A stretch of DNA of 64,000 bases from Nibricoccus sp. (GCA_047602425.1 JASGHG010000001.1:2400001-2464000), one strand, 5' to 3'. Positions 1 to 10,618 are shown, numbered from the stretch's first letter. Numbers and translations are program-made. Notes: generated by a model not told the origin, from the letters alone.

Positions 1-2494
1 AGGCTTCAGCTGAGACAAAGGATACTCCTCTATCAAGCAGCACAATCCATCCGGCCATCGAGGGTGGGCTCGGTAGAACCCCAATGATGCGTTTCTCGAG
101 TTTGATTACGGTGAGCGGAGCCTGATCCGACATGATCAGTAAACTTTTCCCGTAAGCCAGTACGATGCGCGTTGGTGTTCCGCCGGATTCTAGATAGAGC
201 TGGTTGCTTTCAACCTCGGCCGCTGCGGCAACAATCTCATCTGTAATATCACGCGAATGGACTAGCTTCTCGCTGTGATAGCTCGCAAGGACGACTCGGT
301 TGCTAACTACTCGGACGATCCAAAAAATGCCGCGCGCTTCCGTGATTCGAACTGTGTCGGCTGGCAGCCAAGAAGGCGTGCCAACTTTGCAGGCGGAGCG
401 ATTGAAAACGTCTGTTCCGGGAAGATCCGTCAGGGCGAGGGGATTGCTAAAAGGCCGTGCTAGAAAAATGACATCTTTGCTCATTTTCAGCAGAAATGCC
501 GCTTTCATTTCAGGGGCTGAGTCTGCCCAATCGGCACTTTGTTGTTCACCTTCCCACGTCCCGCGAGTGAAAAATATTCGGGGACCGTTTCGGGTTGCAA
601 CAGCGGTAAAACCGGTCGTGCCACCTTCTATCTGTGCCCAGATTCCAATGTGTGGAAGTGAAAGGGCTTTTCCTTTATCTGGCACCAACTTCCTCGTGAA
701 TTGTGTAGGCGGAGGAAGATGTTTGGAGAAGATTTTTTTCCCTCCATCTCGGAACCGATTCACGTCCCGAGCTAAAAGCCGGTCTTTTGGTGTTAGGCGT
801 ACAAGTGCACGTAGAACTGCAATCTCCTCGTGTGACTCCAATAGTTTATCGGTGAGCGCTGAGGAAATTTTTGCGCGAGTTACTTCGGCTGCAATTTTGC
901 GCACCTCTTGGTGGGCGGCGTTTTCGGCAGTGCGAGAAACCAGTCCTACTAAATCGGCGATCTGACGCGCAGCAGTGGTCTCGTCGCCCAGTTCGGCTAT
1001 GAGTTTGGTGAGGTCGGGTGTGCGATTGTGTCGCGAAAGAATTGCGAAGCGTTCTTCCAAGCATTGTAGGGCCTGTTTACCACTCGGCCATGTCGATTGC
1101 AAAAGGTTGAGCGCTTCGTCGACTGCCTTCAATCGCGTCTCAAGAAACCGCACGGCGGTGAGCGTATCTCCTTTTGCTAAGTGCAGATCTATCCATTTGC
1201 GCAGGAACTTGGACTCGTTTTCGGAATCGCCGATATCGCGGTAAATATTTGCAATCTCCAACCAGCACGAATGTTTGGTGTAGATCTCGATGGCCTCGTG
1301 TGCAAATCCACCTCCAGCTAAGCATTCGGCCGCCAAGAGCGGTCTATGAAGTCTTTCTTGATACAGCAGAGCGGCCTCCCGGAAAAACTTCCCTTGCTTC
1401 AGGACATCCGCCGCTGAGTTGAGGTCACCGAGGAGTTCTGCATAGATGTAAGCAGCCCGACGGTATTGTCCCAATTTGGCTTCGCGCACCGCGTTTTCGC
1501 GGTAACGCTTTGAAAGATTACTTTGTACGTCTCCAGGAATTGCCCAAAAATCACTGGGACGGTTACCACCGAGACGCCCCAAGTTAAAATCCAGAATGCG
1601 TCGACTTAGCTGACTGGAGGGCGGCGCTTTACCGCGATGCGCAAGGGCGGCTAGAGAGATGGCGTGTTTGAGACCTTCCTCCGGATTATTTTCAAGCATC
1701 TCCAGCAGTCGGAAAAGCTCTTTGTGCCGTTGACGTGAGAGTTCATCTGTAAGGCCAGCGAGTTTAGTCTGAGCCCAGTTCTCAAGATGGTTGATCCAAT
1801 TTGCGGAAACGTGCGGATTTCGTGGTACCAGCGAAGTGAGGCCGATCAAAGTCCGTACAAAAACACTCCCGATCCCCTCTGCGATTTTGCCAGGAAGCTT
1901 TCTCGTTTCATCTGAAGTCGGTGGGAGGTTTGTGGCGGGTTCACTCCCGATTTCGCGGCTCTCCTCTCCAAAGATTTCTGTCAGTTGAAGGGGTGCCTCG
2001 AGTCTTACGGAGCGTAATCTCTGGTTTAAAAGAATTGGTGTGCGCGCCGCGCTCCAATTGATCGTAGATGCAGGACGTCGTGGAGGAGCAAGGAAATCCC
2101 ATGCGTATTTAATATCATGCTTCTCGTAACCGGTTATGCCAAACGACGGGTGATAAATTAGGGCTTCATATCGGTGCAGGGCACTCCATTCAGTTGCGTC
2201 AATCGGAGGCATTATTGTTGTCCCAATTGGAACGAATACGTCCGGCGCAATTTGGTAGTAAGGTAGACCTCGGAATCCCGGAGGTATCGCGGTGTTTGCG
2301 GGCGGTATGGCGAGTACCCCTTTCGTTTGGTTCGATCCGATTGCTGAGATGACACAGAATTTCACTTGCTCGGTCGGAATCGACCAACCTGCGATCTCGG
2401 TGAGCCACACATTTGGATCCTCGCCCGGTATGAACCACGCGCTAGCCTTGTGGGCCGCTTGAAGAGTGGGTTTAAGTCGTAGGGTCGTTAGCAT
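1..2494 (-). CDS. Large TPR-containing component of MoxR/vWA ternary-type conflict system (3' end outside the window)
   Basis: Absent from the ORF track, probably because no stop falls in the window. ATG at 2494 overlaps the stop of the upstream gene. Hand translation starts MLTTLRLKP..AWFIPGEDPNVWL, with TPR-like YRRAAYIYAELLGDL..AA.VLKQG.FFREAALLY further on. Confidence 0.7.
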   Translation of the reverse strand, partial: MLTTLRLKPTLQAAHKASAWFIPGEDPNVWLTEIAGWSIPTEQVKFCVISAIGSNQTKGVLAIPPANTAIPPGFRGLPYYQIAPDVFVPIGTTIMPPIDATEWSALHRYEALIYHPSFGITGYEKHDIKYAWDFLAPPRRPASTINWSAARTPILLNQRLRSVRLEAPLQLTEIFGEESREIGSEPATNLPPTSDETRKLPGKIAEGIGSVFVRTLIGLTSLVPRNPHVSANWINHLENWAQTKLAGLTDELSRQRHKELFRLLEMLENNPEEGLKHAISLAALAHRGKAPPSSQLSRRILDFNLGRLGGNRPSDFWAIPGDVQSNLSKRYRENAVREAKLGQYRRAAYIYAELLGDLNSAADVLKQGKFFREAALLYQERLHRPLLAAECLAGGGFAHEAIEIYTKHSCWLEIANIYRDIGDSENESKFLRKWIDLHLAKGDTLTAVRFLETRLKAVDEALNLLQSTWPSGKQALQCLEERFAILSRHNRTPDLTKLIAELGDETTAARQIADLVGLVSRTAENAAHQEVRKIAAEVTRAKISSALTDKLLESHEEIAVLRALVRLTPKDRLLARDVNRFRDGGKKIFSKHLPPPTQFTRKLVPDKGKALSLPHIGIWAQIEGGTTGFTAVATRNGPRIFFTRGTWEGEQQSADWADSAPEMKAAFLLKMSKDVIFLARPFSNPLALTDLPGTDVFNRSACKVGTPSWLPADTVRITEARGIFWIVRVVSNRVVLASYHSEKLVHSRDITDEIVAAAAEVESNQLYLESGGTPTRIVLAYGKSLLIMSDQAPLTVIKLEKRIIGVLPSPPSMAGWIVLLDRGVSFVSAEA

Positions 2495-4920
2495 AGCCGG
2501 TCACAAAAAGATTTTAGAACCGTTGCCGCGTGTTCACTGCTCACGGGCATATCCTTGCCGACGAAAAACTCGGGACCACAAATGTGCCCATCGCTGCACC
2601 AGGCTGCCATATCCGCTTGGTTCAATGTAAGAGTGAGTTCAGGTACCGAAGAGTCGCTGCTGCGTAAGTGAAGGAGCCCGCGGCTATCTAGCCATGCGCG
2701 GCTACCGTTGGGCCAAGTAGCAAGCTGAAGCGAACAGCCCATTTGAGTCACTGTTTGCGCGGTGGAAAATCTCAACATTGAGCTGTCCAGCGATAGCGCT
2801 TTTTCACTGGCCTGAGTCAATCGGAGCGCTTGAGCAGTAGTATGGATTTCTAGCCAGGCGCCTTTATATTTACGGAGGCGTAAAGGCTGTCCGGGAGCTC
2901 CTTGAATAGCATTGAAACGCGACTGAAGCGATCGCATCGGTGGCGATACTCTGCCAATCGCTTGAGCGGCACTGTGCCCTGCTAGTGGGGTGATCCGCTT
3001 GGTTTGGAGGTATACAGCGTGGTGATTTGCTTTGGTTGAGGAATCGATGGTGATCAACACCTCTCCTTTTAAGATGGTTCGTGCCTCACGAATTGAGAAG
3101 CCGACCTCAAAGAATACGTGCCCAGCTGGTGAAAGAATTTTCCCGTTACGGAGAAGCATCCAAGGTCCAGCGCCATCTCGCTCGAATACCAGGGCGATTT
3201 CTTGGCGGGTTGTATTGCGGCCCAGAAGAGTTTCATCCCAGTGAACGGCGTTGCCGCTCCAGTTGGCGAAGGTGATACCCTGGCCGGGAGAAAAATATCG
3301 TCCGCTAATCCACGACATGCCTGGAGGAAACGACGTTTCACTGAGGACTTCTGCGGAGTTGAGCGATACGACGACCACTCGAGTGTGTAGTATGACCAGC
3401 AATACATCCCCTTCAGGAAAGACGGCCAAAGGATACTGAGGACCGGTGAATCGGGCGACAGTAGATTGGACCGAGTCTTTTGGTAAGACTACAACTGCCA
3501 TGTGCCCGCCACCTGAACGGCCCTTCACAACGACAATGCGGCCAGTCGTGTCTTCATGCATCCACACCGTACGTCCCAGTGGTAAATCACTGAGGAGTTG
3601 CGTTGCTCCGACGGTGCCGCGTTCCCACCTCAACAAACGTCGGTCGCCTGTAACGCATATCCCGCCAGAAGTGGTGGGCTCGATCAGTTCAATTTTACCG
3701 TTGACCGGTAGGTAAAGCGGAAAGCGATTGACGCGCAAAATAGCGGGGAGATCTGTGCTAACGGCGGGGTTGACCAAAGCCAAAGCGGGTGGCTTGTTTG
3801 CGGGGGCAGTAAACAGCTTGTCGATGGCGATTTGAACTTGAGCAAGCGGGCGAGGTGAGCCCCAGGGCATCGTATGGAGCTGAACGAAACCTTCGCTATC
3901 GACTAGGACGAGAAATCCTCGTTCAAATTGAGCGCGTGCGATACAGGCGTGGAACATTGGATCACCGAGTCCTGAATCGATCAGGATGGTCAGGGAACGT
4001 TCTGGCTTTAGTGCCGGTGGTTCGTGGTGTACGTAAAGCGCTTCATTGAGTGCGACACGTGCTGCCAGCGTCAGATTGTCATGGGCCAGTTCGCTCAAGA
4101 GTAACCGATCAAGCGAACCGCGATTTCCTAAACCAGACGCACCACCTAACGCCAGTTCATCGACTGCTGCAATGGTGCTAGGAAGTCGTATAGCCGCCAT
4201 CAAATCGCGTGCGGCGAGCACCAAACCCGCGTATTCACCTTCTTGCTGTAGATGGGAGAGCACTCTACGCATGCGCTCGCAGGGCGGGAGCTCAATTGTT
4301 TCCTTCGCAGGTTGAGGTAATGTGTCCAGGCCCGTGCGGATACGTCGGCTTAAAGACTCAGCGGTGTGGAGACGCAGTCCTTCGACAACGGTCCACAAAC
4401 TATTCAGTAGATCGAGCGGTGCAGAGTCTTCAGCCGGCGTATTGAGGTCGCGGTCGTTCCATTCTTCGGAAAGGCCTAGCGCAATCTCCGCTGCTTGTTC
4501 TTTGGATCGTGAAGTAGAGGTCTCAAAAACCGTTTCTGCGAGGAACGCTTTGCCTCGGCTTGTTTGCGTGAGCGATGTTGGCAGGGTTGAGACTTTGGCA
4601 AGCTCAGTGAGGGCCTGCCCAAAATTCCTTGTTTTTAGTACACGGAGTAATCCTGCGTGACTTGCCTCTGTCGATGGGCGAGGTGGATTTTCTGGAGCCG
4701 AAGGCAGTTTGCCTCGGCATGCAGCCAACAACAGGACAATAGAGGCAAACGATGGAAGACCGCCTGTCGCCAGTTGTTCGATGACTAAGTCGACCTCATC
4801 GCGAAAAGCGATTGTAGTCCCGTCCTTCCAAGTGAGTACGCGTCCGTTTTCTTCCCATCGCCACAGTGCGCCTGGAACTGATTGCAAATATTGGAAAGCT
4901 GATTGGCGAGAGGTGCTCAC
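2488..4920 (-). CDS. vWA-remnant plus beta-rich protein of MoxR ternary-type system
   Basis: 810 aa; GG.SGLGNRGSLDRLLLSELA..D..L.AR.A.NEALY...EPP motif typical of MoxR-partner vWA proteins; C-terminal WLDSRGLLHLRSSD. Confidence 0.7.
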   Translation of the reverse strand: MSTSRQSAFQYLQSVPGALWRWEENGRVLTWKDGTTIAFRDEVDLVIEQLATGGLPSFASIVLLLAACRGKLPSAPENPPRPSTEASHAGLLRVLKTRNFGQALTELAKVSTLPTSLTQTSRGKAFLAETVFETSTSRSKEQAAEIALGLSEEWNDRDLNTPAEDSAPLDLLNSLWTVVEGLRLHTAESLSRRIRTGLDTLPQPAKETIELPPCERMRRVLSHLQQEGEYAGLVLAARDLMAAIRLPSTIAAVDELALGGASGLGNRGSLDRLLLSELAHDNLTLAARVALNEALYVHHEPPALKPERSLTILIDSGLGDPMFHACIARAQFERGFLVLVDSEGFVQLHTMPWGSPRPLAQVQIAIDKLFTAPANKPPALALVNPAVSTDLPAILRVNRFPLYLPVNGKIELIEPTTSGGICVTGDRRLLRWERGTVGATQLLSDLPLGRTVWMHEDTTGRIVVVKGRSGGGHMAVVVLPKDSVQSTVARFTGPQYPLAVFPEGDVLLVILHTRVVVVSLNSAEVLSETSFPPGMSWISGRYFSPGQGITFANWSGNAVHWDETLLGRNTTRQEIALVFERDGAGPWMLLRNGKILSPAGHVFFEVGFSIREARTILKGEVLITIDSSTKANHHAVYLQTKRITPLAGHSAAQAIGRVSPPMRSLQSRFNAIQGAPGQPLRLRKYKGAWLEIHTTAQALRLTQASEKALSLDSSMLRFSTAQTVTQMGCSLQLATWPNGSRAWLDSRGLLHLRSSDSSVPELTLTLNQADMAAWCSDGHICGPEFFVGKDMPVSSEHAATVLKSFCDRLC

Positions 4921-5657
4921 GGCGGTGTTTGATTTACCTCTCTAGCTGTTGTTCTTGCAGCTGCTCGACTCGCTGGAACGAAAAGCTCTTCGCCTAACAG
5001 TTCAGCGCCTTCTTCGTTCCAGAGTATGAGTGTGTTTTCGCTGGCACCCATCACTCGACGCACTGTCGCTGCCGAAACAGCAGGTGCCCACGCGAAGCCG
5101 GCAGGTATGATGACACCAGAACGCTCGATCATGGGTCGGCACTGGATCGGAGGGGGAGGCACCCCGAGAACAATCACGTGGCTTTGCGTGGATGCTGCAA
5201 AACGCAGCCGTTTTAGTCGAAGCGCAGGCGCCTCTATTGCCCAATTTGCCCAATTTTCTAAGGTGGTTGTGATTGCGTTTACCGCCTGTGGTTCGTTTGA
5301 GGGAATTAGGTGTAGCGTTTTCCGCTCGGGATTTTGACCCGGTAGGCCTGCGACCGGTAGTGCTACGCGGAACCATTTCTGGAGAGGAATCCAATCAACT
5401 ACTGGTAGCCGTGCGGTCGCTAGACGCGATCCGACAGGACGCAGTATGTCTCGTTCAAGCCACGTGAAACGTTCTTGAGCTGGTAACGCTGCAAGCAACG
5501 CGGGGAGTGGATCGGTGCACGTTCGTGCACGTAACCAAAGCGATTCTGAGTCCTCGCCAATTTCCAGGCCGCTTATGAGCCGCAGAGGAGCTAGCGTTTC
5601 TGCGAAACGTTTGGGAATTAGGAGTGCCCATCCAGAGTTGGAGCGCTCGGACATCAT
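4917..5657 (-). CDS. Hypothetical accessory protein of MoxR ternary-type system
   Basis: 246 aa ORF overlapping the downstream gene by 4 nt, inside the operon. Confidence 0.65.
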   Translation of the reverse strand: MMSERSNSGWALLIPKRFAETLAPLRLISGLEIGEDSESLWLRARTCTDPLPALLAALPAQERFTWLERDILRPVGSRLATARLPVVDWIPLQKWFRVALPVAGLPGQNPERKTLHLIPSNEPQAVNAITTTLENWANWAIEAPALRLKRLRFAASTQSHVIVLGVPPPPIQCRPMIERSGVIIPAGFAWAPAVSAATVRRVMGASENTLILWNEEGAELLGEELFVPASRAAARTTAREVNQTPP

Positions 5658-5671
5658 CGCATTTGATGCAA

Positions 5672-6853
5672 CTAACTCGAACTCGGACTCGAGTTAGCGA
5701 GTGGTTTTTGGACGGACAACTTCTGCCAAAGTGCACTGGCTGTCGTGCTCAATAATTCACGTTTAGCGATGTCCTGTACCCACGGGATGCGCGCCTCGAT
5801 TAGAGTGAGTCGGTCCCGTGCTTGGGCGAATGCTGCAGTCTCGGGTTTCAGAGAGCTTGCCTGTTGTTCGATCAATTCGAGATCGCGCGCTAGTCCCTCG
5901 GGATCTGGTTCGTCGGCTGATCGCGCACGGGGGTGATCTCCCGAAGCTTCTGGGACGGCATCGATAAAGCTCTGCACAATCGCCCGGAGTGGTTCTTGTT
6001 GCTCTTCTGTGTCCCAAATGTGTTTAAGTACCCAAAGATCCGATACGCGAGCTTCCAGACGGCCGCACAGGAGCGTGCTGCCAGCGATGGCTCGTTGAAG
6101 ACGGACCGCGCGTCGGTCGCTGACAGTCATTCCAGCGGTTCGGATTCTCGTGATCAGCTCAGCCAGCGGTTTCGCGATTTCTCCGAGCTGAACGGAGGAA
6201 TGCAGGCTGTGAAGGGCCCGCAAGTCATCGAAACTTAATGTCGATTCCGAGGGTGTACGATGCTGGAGTTGCCAGCCGGCAGAGAGGACTTCGTTGAGAC
6301 GATCGGAAGGAACGTTGTCTGATCGGACGCGTAGAAGAAATCGATCGAACAAAGCCCGTAACGCATCGTCTTCAGGCAAATGATTGCTGGCACCGATGAA
6401 CGAAACAACAGGGAGGGCGCGGCTCTCGCGACCGCGTCTAAAGATACGTTCGTTTAGCGCCATCAACAGACTGTTGAGAATCGCGCTGTTGGCGTTCAGC
6501 AGCTCGTCGAGAAATACCAGCGATGCTTCGGGAAGCATGCCTTCGGTATTTGTTACAAGTTCGCCCTCTCGCAGACGACGGATATCGAAAGGTCCGAAGA
6601 GTTCATTTGGCTCTGTAAAGCGGGTGAGAAGATAGTCGAAAGAACGCCCATGTAGTCGGCTACAAAGGTCGTGAACCAATGCGCTTTTTGCGGTGCCCGG
6701 CGGGCCATGTAGGAAAATGTTTTCACCGGCCACCAATGCGACGCCAAGCAGGTCGATGATTTCATCTTTAGCTACAAAGGCTCGTTTCATCGGGGCGATT
6801 ACTTCGTCCTGAAGACGGCGGCCAAGCAGAAGCACGTTTTGTAGATCAGTCAT
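5672..6853 (-). CDS. MoxR/RavA-family AAA+ ATPase
   Basis: Walker A GPPGTAKS, YLLTRFTEPNELFGP, Walker B VFLDE, ALFDRF. Confidence 0.92.
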   Translation of the reverse strand: MTDLQNVLLLGRRLQDEVIAPMKRAFVAKDEIIDLLGVALVAGENIFLHGPPGTAKSALVHDLCSRLHGRSFDYLLTRFTEPNELFGPFDIRRLREGELVTNTEGMLPEASLVFLDELLNANSAILNSLLMALNERIFRRGRESRALPVVSFIGASNHLPEDDALRALFDRFLLRVRSDNVPSDRLNEVLSAGWQLQHRTPSESTLSFDDLRALHSLHSSVQLGEIAKPLAELITRIRTAGMTVSDRRAVRLQRAIAGSTLLCGRLEARVSDLWVLKHIWDTEEQQEPLRAIVQSFIDAVPEASGDHPRARSADEPDPEGLARDLELIEQQASSLKPETAAFAQARDRLTLIEARIPWVQDIAKRELLSTTASALWQKLSVQKPLANSSPSSS

Positions 6854-7499
6854 GGTTAATTAGAAAAGAAGGCAGTAGTTCTTGGTAAAGGCCGGCGTCT
6901 GCGCGGATCAATTCTTGCAGCTCGGCGCTGTGTAGCCGATCTTTCGCACTGCGTTCGACGACGCGGTCGGCGTAAAGTCGCATCAACGCTCGGTTGCCTT
7001 TGAAAGTGTCAATCGAGATACCCCCATCGACTTTGATACCAACCGATGAAAGCGGCCAGTCGCGAGCCCAATCGCGCAAGGTAGATACAAGCGAATCTCC
7101 AGGCGCAATTCGATTAGCGATTTCGAATAGGTCGGGAAGGAAATGAAAGAAAAGGTCTACAGAGTAATCCGATTCTGCGCTATGGATTGCAGAGCACGGC
7201 TCACTGAGGGTCTTTGCCACGACAGCTTCAGGCACATCTCGGCAAACGAGAAACTGACCAGCGCGATAAAGTTGTTTCGCCGCCCATTCTGATGCGGCCT
7301 TATTTATCGGCGGCAAATCAGCACCAAGATCGATCCGCCGCGCGTCGTCGAGCTGTACTAATACAGAATGGCATTCTGTATCGAACACAAGGTCTTCACC
7401 ATTGTATGGCCCGACCCAGGCCTCTCCGTCAGTCACGAGTGACTGCAAAAAGCCGCTTAGTGCGGCAGGCGTAGGTAGATCTGTAGAAGCGTGGAACAA
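6846..7499 (-). CDS. Hypothetical accessory protein of MoxR ternary-type system
   Basis: 217 aa; DYSVDL.F.FLP and WPLSSVG motifs; overlaps the ATPase start. Confidence 0.65.
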   Translation of the reverse strand: MFHASTDLPTPAALSGFLQSLVTDGEAWVGPYNGEDLVFDTECHSVLVQLDDARRIDLGADLPPINKAASEWAAKQLYRAGQFLVCRDVPEAVVAKTLSEPCSAIHSAESDYSVDLFFHFLPDLFEIANRIAPGDSLVSTLRDWARDWPLSSVGIKVDGGISIDTFKGNRALMRLYADRVVERSAKDRLHSAELQELIRADAGLYQELLPSFLINHD

Positions 7500-7669
7500 A
7501 GTGATGTTTCATTCTTGAAGAGCGTTTGCTTGTGGGCAATCGCGTTGTCCAAGGTCTCCGTACTACAGAGACTGTGTTAGTGGTCGGCAATCCTTCGGTT
7601 GAGGTTACGGAGGCGAGGATGTCCCGTCTCCAGGAAGCACAATTTGCCTCCATAGCCGGTCTTCCCCGC

Positions 7670-8125
7670 CTAGGGTTCATATTCAACGATAGTAACGTCT
7701 CCACCGCCTAGTTCCTCTTCGACGATAAGGACGATCTTTTCCCAGTCGCCACCTGCAAGACCAGCGCCGATTTTCGGTAGCCCAATCTTTGCGTCACCGT
7801 AGTTTTCTGAGAGCCACCTCATGCAGCTTCGAACTGCACTGTAGTCTATTTTGTCACCAGAGCCTCGGTAGTCGTACTGCGTGTATGCGTTGATTATCGT
7901 GAGGTGGCCGTTCGCGGTTTGTACTTTGGCAGCTGAGCATGTGCCCAATTTCCCTTTGTCTCCTTTACTGGTTTGCTGGTCGGCCTGAAAAGCTTGAGGA
8001 AAATGCGCTGCGACGCCCTTCGCAATGCCGGCACCCATTGTACAGAAACAATTGCACCCATGGGCAATGACGTCGAATGAGCCAGCTTTCGCTAACTTTA
8101 GCAGATCACCTTTGATTGTTTTCAT
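7670..8125 (-). CDS. Macro-domain protein (ADP-ribose processing, Poa1/A1pp-like)
   Basis: GDLL..IAHGCNC..MGAGIA..and PKIGAGLAGGDW; start moved to MKTIKGD. Confidence 0.88.
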   Translation of the reverse strand: MKTIKGDLLKLAKAGSFDVIAHGCNCFCTMGAGIAKGVAAHFPQAFQADQQTSKGDKGKLGTCSAAKVQTANGHLTIINAYTQYDYRGSGDKIDYSAVRSCMRWLSENYGDAKIGLPKIGAGLAGGDWEKIVLIVEEELGGGDVTIVEYEP

Positions 8126-8205
8126 TGGTAGAGTGGATAAAAACGGAGAGCCCTCAAAACAGCCCGTGCGATTCGGCATGAAATTTGAAGGATCAGAAAA
8201 CGTGT

Positions 8206-8988
8206 TCAATTGATGCCAGGAAATTTGGTACTGAATTCTGATATCACTTCTTTGAGCGCTGCGGGGACTAACGCATCTACTTTTGATCTCATGTAGTCAG
8301 GGATCTCTCGATAGAACGCATGGGCGATGGCACCAGTGATGCAACCGACAGTGTCCGCATCACCGCCCAGGCTGATCGCGATCCGAATGGCACCTTCGAA
8401 ATCATCCGATGCCAAAAATGCAATGATAGCTTCCGGCACAGTTCCCTGGCAGCTCTCATTGAAGGCGTAGTCTAACCGCACCTCATCGGTCGAGCGCGAT
8501 AAATTGTATTCAAAATTTCTTTCAATATGTTCACGGATCTCTCGCTTGGTTTTCCCATTTCTCGCCAGCCAAATTGCGGAGACTGTAGCCTGGGCGCCCT
8601 TGATTCCCTCTGGATGATTGTGGGTAACGGATGCGGAGTTGGCCGCTTGACGGAGAGCTTCGTCCAAGTTTCTTGATGCCCAACCGATGGGGCTTACTCT
8701 CATAGCCGATCCATTGCCCCAGCTGCCGTAAGGGATGGGGTTTTCTTGACGCAACCATGCCCTAAACCCCGAGCCATAACCGCCCATCGGCGTTGGATAC
8801 AAGTGTCCGTACATCAGATAGGCTTCTTGGAACCCGATGCCTCTGACTATCGCATGCGCGGTTGCGACAGTCATTATTGTGTCATCGGTGTAGTTCGACT
8901 CAGGTGGGAACAAGTCAACAGAGCTGTCCTTGTTACCTTCAAATTCGTAGGTGGATCCTGCGATATCTCCAATTATAGCGCCAATCAT
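8206..8988 (-). CDS. ADP-ribosylglycohydrolase (DraG/ARH family)
   Basis: GAIIGDIAG, TDDT, GNGSAMR, THNH, GGDADT motifs. Confidence 0.92.
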   Translation of the reverse strand: MIGAIIGDIAGSTYEFEGNKDSSVDLFPPESNYTDDTIMTVATAHAIVRGIGFQEAYLMYGHLYPTPMGGYGSGFRAWLRQENPIPYGSWGNGSAMRVSPIGWASRNLDEALRQAANSASVTHNHPEGIKGAQATVSAIWLARNGKTKREIREHIERNFEYNLSRSTDEVRLDYAFNESCQGTVPEAIIAFLASDDFEGAIRIAISLGGDADTVGCITGAIAHAFYREIPDYMRSKVDALVPAALKEVISEFSTKFPGIN

Positions 8989-9073
8989 AAAATTATGGTC
9001 ACTGGTGGAACTCTACGGTCACTTGAATTTTGCTGAATAATTTCAGATGCCGACATGTTACGGGGTACTCGAT

Positions 9074-9634
9074 CTAAAGTTTTAGTTTTTCTCTGACAGC
9101 ACTCAGTGCAAAGCCCAACAGGTTGAGACCAGGCCATTCCAATGGATTTTCTGCTCTGGGGTCATCTGCTGCCAGACCGATGCCCCAGATGGCATCAACC
9201 GGGCTTGCCTCGACCAGAATTTGATTTTCCGTCGCGAGCAGAAATGTGCGAAGGTCAGGGCTCTGAGAGAACTTCGCGAGATTTCCGGCAAATACGATTT
9301 CCTCACGGTGAGAGAGCCATACCGCTTCCGAATAGTTTTTAACTTTTCGACCGAGAGCCTTTGCGTTCTTTGGAGTCGATGCGGCGAGAATTTGCGCTGC
9401 ACAGGGCGCGTCATCGAAAAGCCGGGCCTTGCGAACCATCATATAGTGTTCGGCTGTCAGGAACCTCTCATCTCCGATCACGAAGGGTGAATCGTACCAT
9501 TGGCTAAAACATGATTTGGTAACGTCGCCATTCTCAGGCTTACGGTGACCCCAAAATAGCAGGTACTCGAAATGCGAACCCGCCACGATCGCTTTGACGA
9601 GTTCCTCTTTGTTGACCGGTGTTTTTGTGTTCAT
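9074..9634 (-). CDS. NADAR (YbiA-like) family protein
   Basis: FSQWY, TAEHYMM.KA.LF.D, K.LGR.V, LVEASP.D.IWGIG, G.NLLG. Confidence 0.92.
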   Translation of the reverse strand: MNTKTPVNKEELVKAIVAGSHFEYLLFWGHRKPENGDVTKSCFSQWYDSPFVIGDERFLTAEHYMMVRKARLFDDAPCAAQILAASTPKNAKALGRKVKNYSEAVWLSHREEIVFAGNLAKFSQSPDLRTFLLATENQILVEASPVDAIWGIGLAADDPRAENPLEWPGLNLLGFALSAVREKLKL

Positions 9635-9647
9635 TTGGCGAATGGAT

Positions 9648-10616
9648 TTAGATCACTAACTTTCCCTGCCGCTCTGCGGGTGTGATCTGGGCTTCTGTCC
9701 CGGAATTGAATTCAAGGAAATCGGTTTCCACGCCATCGCTGAAAATCACGCCGCGTTCGGGCATATGCGATTCAATGACCAGTGGAACGTCCAGTGATAC
9801 CTTGCCGAAAACGGTCGTCGCCGAAGTTGTTTTGCTCGGGAATGGTTCACGCACTGTGAAGAAAAGGTGATCCGCATCCCAGGCGAAGCGCACATCAGGC
9901 TCGACCTGTTGGTCTCGAACCGACCGATCATGGCTGAATTCCCAGCCGCTGGTCGAAGCCTCGGCAATATGGCGGGCACCGGTGATCAGACTGGTAAACC
10001 ATCCCGTAGAGCCAAGACCTGTGGAAACTATCACCCCGCTGGAAGAATGTCGTTCAGATTGGCCGGCGTATTTGATCGTGTAGCGAGCGGAGCCGTGACT
10101 TTTCGGGCCAATGAAAAGATCGTTCACAGCGTAAAGAGTCTGACCGTTGTTCAACGATGCCTTGGCCATCGTGACCGTCTTGATCGGCCGTCGACCACGA
10201 AGTACATCGGGTAAGATCTTTTCCAAATTAGCCACGTTGAAGGGGAGGAGTTGGCCATCGTAGCGGCTGGGATCTGGGTTCACGCCAATCAACGGTTGTC
10301 CGTTTAGATATTTGACAGTGTTCGCCACCAAGCCGTCCTGTCCCACGGCAACGGCGATATCTTCTGGACCAAAGATAAAGTTCGGCAGAAACGTCCGGTG
10401 GACAACCTGAACTCGACCGAACTGACCGAGTGTTTGCTGGGCCTGCGTCACGGCACTGCGGTAAGCTGCATCTTCAGCTTCGTAGTCGTTGAAATCCCCT
10501 CCGAGACGCTGCACGTAGAAACGCGCCTGGGTGACCGTATTGAAACGCGCCTTGAGTTCATCAAGACGCGTCTCACGTACGATCAGAACGATCTTTGTCT
10601 CGGTGATCCGGTCCAT
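9648..10616 (-). CDS. NAD-kinase-like protein (SPFH-associated)
   Basis: VGQDGLVAN, AVNDLFIG, SSGVIVSTGLGSTGW motifs of the NAD kinase fold. Confidence 0.8.
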   Translation of the reverse strand: MDRITETKIVLIVRETRLDELKARFNTVTQARFYVQRLGGDFNDYEAEDAAYRSAVTQAQQTLGQFGRVQVVHRTFLPNFIFGPEDIAVAVGQDGLVANTVKYLNGQPLIGVNPDPSRYDGQLLPFNVANLEKILPDVLRGRRPIKTVTMAKASLNNGQTLYAVNDLFIGPKSHGSARYTIKYAGQSERHSSSGVIVSTGLGSTGWFTSLITGARHIAEASTSGWEFSHDRSVRDQQVEPDVRFAWDADHLFFTVREPFPSKTTSATTVFGKVSLDVPLVIESHMPERGVIFSDGVETDFLEFNSGTEAQITPAERQGKLVI

Positions 10617-10618
10617 AT

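Noticed and set aside
275..1422. Plus-strand ORFs such as 300-965
   Set aside because: They are antisense shadows of the long minus-strand gene that runs off the window
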